64,000 nt of DNA from IMG/VR virus record IMGVR_UViG_3300015608_001800. The stretch is one strand, 5' to 3'. Below are positions 57,059-64,000 of the stretch, one piece after another; position 1 is the first letter of the stretch, and every line of letters begins with the position of its first letter. This DNA is from an uncultured virus (IMG/VR IMGVR_UViG_3300015608_001800) (taxonomy: Duplodnaviria > Heunggongvirae > Uroviricota > Caudoviricetes). The translations under genes and the position numbers were made by a program. The notes under the pieces are model-generated. The model had not been told where the DNA came from and searched no databases. It saw only the letters and a program-made list of their open reading frames with translations.

Positions 57059-59769
57059 TATGTTACTATTTCTGTTGTTACGTCACTAAATCTAAACCTA
57101 GATGATGTAAGGTCAACACTTAACTGATCTGTTGTTGGTATCAATACTGTTTCTCTCACCAATCCAAGTTCTTTTATTGGCATTATATAAGGTGTCTCTG
57201 TTGGTATACTTCCTGTCGGTTCCGAACTAGATGTTGTTGTTGATGTGGATGTTGTTGGTACTGGCATCGCACTACTTCCAACACTTCTCGGTGTGGATGG
57301 TAGTAAACCTGGTTGTACAGGTTCTATTGAAATCTCAGCTTCTGTTAATTCAAAATCATAATCACAGACATCTATAACAGTACAAGGTTCATTACACCAT
57401 CTTTCACCTGCCACCCAAATTGTTGTTGCTGGAATAAATTGTTCCATAAATGGAATCCAGAAACTTTGGAAGGTCTTTTTATAATTCTCTAAATCATAAA
57501 GATTTAAATAGGTTACAGTTATTTCCGTCGTAGCTGATGTAGTACCAGTTATGTTATAACAAACAGTTGTGTTAGCCGACAATGTATATCCACTAGGACA
57601 TGCTAATGTTGTACCACTAATAGGGCAATCAGCACACATATCAAATGTAAGTCCTAATTCTTTAGAGTTTAATACTAAATTACTGTGTCTTTCTAAAACA
57701 CTAGATTGTTCCCAATAATCAGTATATCTCCAAGGTATATCAGCATCTAAACTAGGTGCGAAGGTTCTATTAATATTACCCTCACCATTTAACATACCAA
57801 AATCACCATCTCCTCTTTCTATGTTATCATATTCTGATATACCAACCAAAGGAGTACCTGGGTTGTATACCCAAGATTTTTTATTATCTATTACTCTTGT
57901 AATTTCAAAACCTGGACATTGTACATCATTGTAAATGATTGAAGATTCGTCCTTAGGACAATCAACTCTAATATCATCAATGAAGATGTCATAATTACAA
58001 CAACAATTTAATCCTTGGTAAATTTCTAAATAGATTCCAAAATTTAATGTTAAACCAGAAGTTGGTAGTGTTGCTTTAATTTGTACCCATTTATCAAAAT
58101 AATCAGTACTAGAGTTATATTCTTTTACTTGAACTAATGATGCATTTAATAAAGGATCTGTTGTGGTAATCCTAGCTAAAATAGGGTTAAAAATACTATA
58201 ACAACAAGTAGTTGTGGCACTTTGACCAATACCTATTGGCCCAACAGGTTCAATAGGGGTTCCAGAATCAACAACCCTTATACTTCTTTGTACGAATTCA
58301 GTCCCAAGACCGACTTCTATACCACCACCTGTGGTTCCAGTTGTTACAATCACACCTGTATTAGGGGTTAGTGTAATATCACAAACCTCACCATCAATAA
58401 CTATTATATCATCATCTGGTGGATCAGGGATTGGTTGACAAGGGTTTGATGGTTTACCAAAATACACCCACATAGAAAGTTCTAAACTATTAGAACATGC
58501 AGGTATAGTCATATTTTCATTATTCAATGAAAATTGAACTGGTAGACAATCTTCTTTAGGAACTGCATAACACCAAGGACTTTGCCATTCCCAAGGTAAG
58601 TTGTAATCTTTTATTAACCTATTACAACAAGCTTCACCAATGTATTCATCTTTATCTTTATATCCAACAATTTGTATTGGATTGTTATAGAAATCGGTTG
58701 TACTAATTACCTGTACTTGTGTTATATCAATTTCACATTGATCAACAACAGGTTGACACATACATTGACTAGATGATGTATCCCAATAACCACCAATACT
58801 GTCACAAATACCTTTTGTAACTACAATAGGGTTGTTAGTGATAGTACCAAAATTAACATAAAAACCACCAGTAACACTTAAAGCGTTAGTAATTAAAAGT
58901 CTTGCCTCAGTTAAATCTGAAACACCATTACCGTTGTTATCGTTTGAATTAAATAAGTTAGCTAATACAAAATTAAATTGTGTGTTGGTTAAACCTAAGC
59001 CACCACCAACAGATGTTGCGTTTGAAACAAGATAGTTATATCCTTCAGTTGTTGAATAAAAATCTAAAAACTGTTGTAAAGTGTTTATACATTTAGGTTC
59101 ATAGTCTTCTTCAACTACTTGATTACAAAAACAAACACCATTTTCCCAAACACCAGGACAACAATCAACATCTAATAAATTACCTGTAGATATTTGTACA
59201 TAAAATGTTTGTCCACTATTAGTTACAACGTCTACTAGGTGTTGCCACAAAACTGGATTTGATGTTTGTAAACTTTGACCTCCGTGATTTACGATGTAAG
59301 TATCATTCCACCAATCAAAATTATTACAATCAACACATACAATATCAGCAGGACATTCTATTATTGGTCTGTAATAACAATTTCTACCATCCCAATAGTA
59401 TTCATGTCCTTCAGCGACAGGACCTATTGCTGTTATGTTACAACAATCAACCGATGTTACACCAAGAACTTGACCATCAATAGCAATCTGATAAGGTCCT
59501 TCACATACAACTGGTAAATCAAGAGGACTATATACTGTATCAAAATTTGCCGGACTAGCAGTTAATTCATATATACAACAATTTTTACAATCCGAATTAG
59601 CGGAAGAATTATAGTTCACAGCAAGAGGATCGAGACAACCAACTACAATTTGACCATATTCACAACAACCGTTACAAGGTTCTGTTGCAGTAGGGTCATA
59701 GTTGGATGCTAATGGGTCCATACAACCTATTTTTTGAAAGATACTACTTGCGTATACTATTTGTGCCAT
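57058..59769 (-). CDS. Large Cys-rich putative virion protein
   Basis: Two GC.DPLA.NY repeats and several CC...W...C units. Confidence 0.6.
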   Translation of the reverse strand: MAQIVYASSIFQKIGCMDPLASNYDPTATEPCNGCCEYGQIVVGCLDPLAVNYNSSANSDCKNCCIYELTASPANFDTVYSPLDLPVVCEGPYQIAIDGQVLGVTSVDCCNITAIGPVAEGHEYYWDGRNCYYRPIIECPADIVCVDCNNFDWWNDTYIVNHGGQSLQTSNPVLWQHLVDVVTNSGQTFYVQISTGNLLDVDCCPGVWENGVCFCNQVVEEDYEPKCINTLQQFLDFYSTTEGYNYLVSNATSVGGGLGLTNTQFNFVLANLFNSNDNNGNGVSDLTEARLLITNALSVTGGFYVNFGTITNNPIVVTKGICDSIGGYWDTSSSQCMCQPVVDQCEIDITQVQVISTTDFYNNPIQIVGYKDKDEYIGEACCNRLIKDYNLPWEWQSPWCYAVPKEDCLPVQFSLNNENMTIPACSNSLELSMWVYFGKPSNPCQPIPDPPDDDIIVIDGEVCDITLTPNTGVIVTTGTTGGGIEVGLGTEFVQRSIRVVDSGTPIEPVGPIGIGQSATTTCCYSIFNPILARITTTDPLLNASLVQVKEYNSSTDYFDKWVQIKATLPTSGLTLNFGIYLEIYQGLNCCCNYDIFIDDIRVDCPKDESSIIYNDVQCPGFEITRVIDNKKSWVYNPGTPLVGISEYDNIERGDGDFGMLNGEGNINRTFAPSLDADIPWRYTDYWEQSSVLERHSNLVLNSKELGLTFDMCADCPISGTTLACPSGYTLSANTTVCYNITGTTSATTEITVTYLNLYDLENYKKTFQSFWIPFMEQFIPATTIWVAGERWCNEPCTVIDVCDYDFELTEAEISIEPVQPGLLPSTPRSVGSSAMPVPTTSTSTTTSSSEPTGSIPTETPYIMPIKELGLVRETVLIPTTDQLSVDLTSSRFRFSDVTTEIVT

Positions 59770-59813
59770 TACCTATAATTATTTTTTAATCTGTTTTTTT
59801 ATATAATAATATT

Positions 59814-62800
59814 TTAAAATCCACTACAATATAATCCTATCTGCCCTTTTAATGTTGGGGTTGGCCAAGGTGAAACAGGGGTTGGTAATGTCCAAGACAA
59901 TGAACCAAAATTAAGATTATAAACATTATTATTATATTCAAATGTTCTTTCCCATCTTCCATTAGGTGAATTAAATGTTGAATTAGGACTTACATAACTT
60001 GTCAAATTAGGATCCATAAACATAGGTGATGTTAAAGGAGTTTGTCCGATTGGTACATACACTGTTATATAAACCCCGTCTGATGCGTAACTAATACTTC
60101 CTATCAGATTTATAATCCAAGCACCTCTAGTTTGAGTTCCACTCGCACTGCCTGTAGTACCACAACTAGTATCACCAAACTTTAATGTGAATTCTTGTGA
60201 AGTAGGTTCTTGTTGTACATCTACTAAACATTTTTGTGATGTTACATCAAATGAAACCCCACCCACTTCAGTGTTATAGTTATTACAACAAGTTTGTGAT
60301 AATGATAATCCACCGTATAATACCTCACCATTGATAATACTATAATTTGTATTTTGAACTGCGGTTGTACTACTTTCTATTGGATAATAATACGTTGGTG
60401 GACATTGGTAACACTTTTTAACTCCAGGGTTATATGGTTCACCTACATCATTTAATAATTGTGGTAAACCGTACCAACCACCTTTTTCACTACAACAATA
60501 TTCTGTTAAATTACTATCGTTTAAGTTAGTAATAGTGTATGGATAAACACTAGATGTATTAACTACTGCCGGACAAACATAACACTTGTTATTATTCCAA
60601 GTAAAACCGTAGTCAGTACAACATTGTTGTGATAAATCAGCCCCACTTAAACCTTCTTTAACTATAGAATTACAAGGTAATGTAGTACAATCTTCTACAA
60701 ACATTATCTCAGTAGGACAATTAGTACAATATTGTTTTAATCCAAATTGGTTGACGTAGGAGGTAGCGTGATAATCCTGCATTGTACCAACACTAGCTAT
60801 ATTAACAGTACCATCCGTCCAAATACCACCTAATGATGTACAACAATCAGATGAAGTTATACTACCATCACTATTAACCCAAATATGGTTTCCATTTAAT
60901 ATTGTAGCCCCATCACAAGGATTAGGTAAAGGTTTAACACAATACCCACTACCGTTGATTGTTGTATAAACACCACCTTTCATTTTACAACAAACATTGT
61001 TAGTTATTGGTTTGTCATCACCATCTAATATAAAACATCCATATTTATCAAAAAATCTACTATAAACTTTAACAATGAATGAAGTTGCCTCATCAAGAGA
61101 TGGTTGTGTTGCACCCAAACTAATAGCTATGTTAATTATTTGAGTGTCAGTTAAAGTATTTAAATATTCATCAACACTACATACCACTTGTATTGAATTA
61201 TCAGGTGGACACCAATAACAAGCATATGTTATTGCTTCAGCTGGTGGTTCTATCCCTATAGTTGCCATCTCAATAATCGTATAGTTTTGTCTTCCTGTAA
61301 ATTCCTGAGCTACCGCATCCTGTTGTGGTATACCACCACCATTAATTCTAATACAGTTCGCATCTAAACAATTTTTACCATCCCATACAACATCAAATCC
61401 TAATGTTTGTCTGTTACAACAACTTTGTGATACTGATACTGTTGCCTTCTCATTTGACATATCTAAGACCACACAAGGTCCAAAAGGACTATCAGGTGAG
61501 GTAATTGCTAATTGATCTGGTTTAGGACAGACGACAGATGAATTGGATGTTGCCATAGGTAACCAATAATTTTGACAACATTTTTGGTCGGTTAGTGGTT
61601 TATTTGGAGTTTCTTTATCACCCCTAATATATACTATACCGTCCTCACCATAGATTAAGTTATAAGAACAAGGTTCACATATCGATTTAAGACCAGTTGT
61701 GAAATTAATTTTCATTGAATACGTATCACCACTTGGTACGCCGTATTTTGGTGCGTTGTTACCACCAATAGCAGTAAGACCAGCTGAATTAACTACAGCG
61801 TTAACTACAGAACCGTTAGTGTTTAAGGTGTTTGCATATCCTGTACCATAATAAGGAACAGGTAATCCGTTTTGATCGAAGATAAAACTACCTTCATTGT
61901 AATTGTTGAAGTGATTTTCATTAACTCTTACTGTTGTTGAACCAGTTGCTAATGAACCGAAATCACTTACAAAACATTCAAATTGTGAAAAATATGATTT
62001 ACCATAATCATATGGACCGATATGTGGGTTATTACCAACAGTAGATTCATTTCCACCATTATACCAAAAACCGCCCATTTGAAAGTAATTGTCATTAGTT
62101 TCTGGTAAAACCCTTGGAAAACCATCTATATCGATGGGATAGTTAGATAATCTAACATCATCAACATTTAACCCAGCTAATTCAAATATGGTTATTAATT
62201 GGTCATATACTTTATCGATATCTAATCTATTAGACGCTATATAAACGTACTCATCAAGTGATACCATACATTGTGGTATGTTAAACAACTTGAAGAAAAA
62301 TTCTATAACTTTTCTAGTTCCTTTAGATTTAAACAACCACCAAGCATTAATGACTAATCTTCTCCATAGTTCGATATCTAGTTCTTTAGATGATAAACTT
62401 CTTGAGTACCCACTAAAAGGTGTTTCAAAAGAAGGTTGTATTTGTTCTAATAGGTTAAAATTATCAGTACCAGTTGTTAGTAAAACATCAAAACCTAAAT
62501 TTTGTGCTATTATCTTAATTAATTCATCAGAGGTGTTATCTAATTTATTATATGTTACAACATTAGCGAATGATATACCATCAATATATTTCTTAACCTC
62601 ATCAAATTCTCTACCATAAATTCTTAATAATTTATTAGCCTTTCTACCTGTAACTTCACTACCACCACCGTCTGTATCGTATTCATGGATTGACTCAGCA
62701 ACAAACTTTCTAGCCACCAAATCGGTTCTGTATTGGTCGAAAAGATTTGCCATATTAAGCATCTCTTCAACATATAAACCATAATCACGAGTATTAATAT

Positions 62801-63707
62801 CTAGGTTATACCCATCAGAAATTGGCCATGTTAATCTTTTTTGATTAAAAACTATAAAACCATCTGCTTCTTTTGGTACACTAAAAGAAGAGGTATATAT
62901 TGGAACCGTTAACCTATTTAATAGGATAGATTCAAAATCACTTAAGTTTGTAAAGAATAACTCTACTTCAGTATTGTTAGGTTTAAAATGATAAATTAAT
63001 TGTCCAAACGTTGAAGCACTTAAAGACGGGAATGGATTACCTTCCGTTTGTACCCTCAAATAAGGAAATGATGTTGTGTCACCAGTATAACCTACAACAT
63101 TGAATTCACCGTAGTTATTATATATAACATATTTGTTATAATCTCTAGATATGTTAAAGATGTCACTAGGTAATAGATTACTAAAATCTTGGTTATCCGC
63201 TGTTATTAACTCAAAAGGGTTTTGGACGACAGATTTTGGTATTAAAAACGTTGATATATCAGTTCCATTATCATAACTGAAAGATAGAACCGTATTGACC
63301 GCCGTATTAGTAATTTGTGGGTTTAAATATAAAGAACCCTTCCATTTTTGGATTATTTGTTCAATGGTAACTCTAGCAAACTCGTGGAAACTACCGAAAT
63401 AAACATATCTATTAATTTTATTTATATCAAAATTAAGTTTAATGAATATATCATTAGACATTAAAATTTCAGACTGACTTTCAGTTAAATTTAAATTATC
63501 TAAAGAATAATAGTCTGACCATTGACCCCCTAAAGTAAAATTCTTATTAATTTTAGAGTCAAAATTGGTTGTGATTTGGAAGTTACCGAACGTGAAAAGA
63601 GATACCCCGTCGGTAAATTGAAAACCAACTAGATTAGGGGAAAAGTCACCCTCTCTCCTTTTATATGCATCCGTTAATGAACGAGGTATTACTTTAACTG
63701 TTCCCAT
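59814..63707 (-). CDS. Large putative baseplate/tail protein with Cys-rich repeats
   Basis: LFKSKGTRK.IEF baseplate-wedge-like motif; repeated CC...GG.W...C. Confidence 0.6.
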   Translation of the reverse strand: MGTVKVIPRSLTDAYKRREGDFSPNLVGFQFTDGVSLFTFGNFQITTNFDSKINKNFTLGGQWSDYYSLDNLNLTESQSEILMSNDIFIKLNFDINKINRYVYFGSFHEFARVTIEQIIQKWKGSLYLNPQITNTAVNTVLSFSYDNGTDISTFLIPKSVVQNPFELITADNQDFSNLLPSDIFNISRDYNKYVIYNNYGEFNVVGYTGDTTSFPYLRVQTEGNPFPSLSASTFGQLIYHFKPNNTEVELFFTNLSDFESILLNRLTVPIYTSSFSVPKEADGFIVFNQKRLTWPISDGYNLDINTRDYGLYVEEMLNMANLFDQYRTDLVARKFVAESIHEYDTDGGGSEVTGRKANKLLRIYGREFDEVKKYIDGISFANVVTYNKLDNTSDELIKIIAQNLGFDVLLTTGTDNFNLLEQIQPSFETPFSGYSRSLSSKELDIELWRRLVINAWWLFKSKGTRKVIEFFFKLFNIPQCMVSLDEYVYIASNRLDIDKVYDQLITIFELAGLNVDDVRLSNYPIDIDGFPRVLPETNDNYFQMGGFWYNGGNESTVGNNPHIGPYDYGKSYFSQFECFVSDFGSLATGSTTVRVNENHFNNYNEGSFIFDQNGLPVPYYGTGYANTLNTNGSVVNAVVNSAGLTAIGGNNAPKYGVPSGDTYSMKINFTTGLKSICEPCSYNLIYGEDGIVYIRGDKETPNKPLTDQKCCQNYWLPMATSNSSVVCPKPDQLAITSPDSPFGPCVVLDMSNEKATVSVSQSCCNRQTLGFDVVWDGKNCLDANCIRINGGGIPQQDAVAQEFTGRQNYTIIEMATIGIEPPAEAITYACYWCPPDNSIQVVCSVDEYLNTLTDTQIINIAISLGATQPSLDEATSFIVKVYSRFFDKYGCFILDGDDKPITNNVCCKMKGGVYTTINGSGYCVKPLPNPCDGATILNGNHIWVNSDGSITSSDCCTSLGGIWTDGTVNIASVGTMQDYHATSYVNQFGLKQYCTNCPTEIMFVEDCTTLPCNSIVKEGLSGADLSQQCCTDYGFTWNNNKCYVCPAVVNTSSVYPYTITNLNDSNLTEYCCSEKGGWYGLPQLLNDVGEPYNPGVKKCYQCPPTYYYPIESSTTAVQNTNYSIINGEVLYGGLSLSQTCCNNYNTEVGGVSFDVTSQKCLVDVQQEPTSQEFTLKFGDTSCGTTGSASGTQTRGAWIINLIGSISYASDGVYITVYVPIGQTPLTSPMFMDPNLTSYVSPNSTFNSPNGRWERTFEYNNNVYNLNFGSLSWTLPTPVSPWPTPTLKGQIGLYCSGF

Positions 63708-64000
63708 TATAAACTTGGAATATTCGTGATTGTGTTAAAATCTTTACTGAAATCAATGTTATTAACCAATTGACGTACTTCGTGTAGTGGTTCACCACTG
63801 AATTGGTCTTGAACTTCGTATAAGTTATATTGTTTATAAATACGATTTTGGAAGTCGTAGATGGTGTATTTACCATCAACAATAGATTTAATTTGATTAC
63901 CGTAAATACCGTAAGCTAATGTTTCAATATCGTACTCAACCATGTCAATTTCTAAACAAACAGGATTGAAAAAGGTGTTAGTGATAGATATCGCTTGTCC
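63707..64000 (-). CDS. 3' end of a structural-region gene starting beyond the window
   Basis: Frame open to window edge; TAATG-coupled to next gene. Confidence 0.6.
   Translation of the reverse strand, partial: GQAISITNTFFNPVCLEIDMVEYDIETLAYGIYGNQIKSIVDGKYTIYDFQNRIYKQYNLYEVQDQFSGEPLHEVRQLVNNIDFSKDFNTITNIPSL

Overview
AT-rich segment of a large lytic dsDNA (jumbo/T4-superfamily-like) phage genome. The host is probably a Bacteroidetes, judging by TTTG-N19/20-TAnnTTTG promoters, a Bacteroidetes-type RpoD sigma factor and an Hc1-like protein. Most genes are on the minus strand. From left to right: a Ro60/TROVE gene preceded by two related structured RNAs (Y-RNA candidates); a tRNA cluster; accessory and head-associated genes (DnaJ, RNase HII, Nudix, amidases, glutaredoxin); a GT2/ParB-like/2OG-Fe(II) islet; sigma factor; ligase-like protein; SbcC and a split SbcD; two DruA/DUF4338-like paralogues; thioredoxin, exonuclease, primase and RuvC-like resolvase; then about 16 kb of large putative virion genes. 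Four systems stand out. (1) A ribosome-mediated attenuator whose Arg/Glu-rich leader peptide sits directly upstream of tRNA-Glu and tRNA-Arg. (2) About ten intronless homing-endonuclease cassettes from four families, each inserted near a gene end and supplying a diverged replacement terminus, with the old terminus left behind as a relic. (3) A cluster of truncated major-capsid-like and terminase-like proteins that share a C-terminal tag. (4) The TROVE-linked RNAs. All family assignments come from motif recognition by eye, not from database searches.
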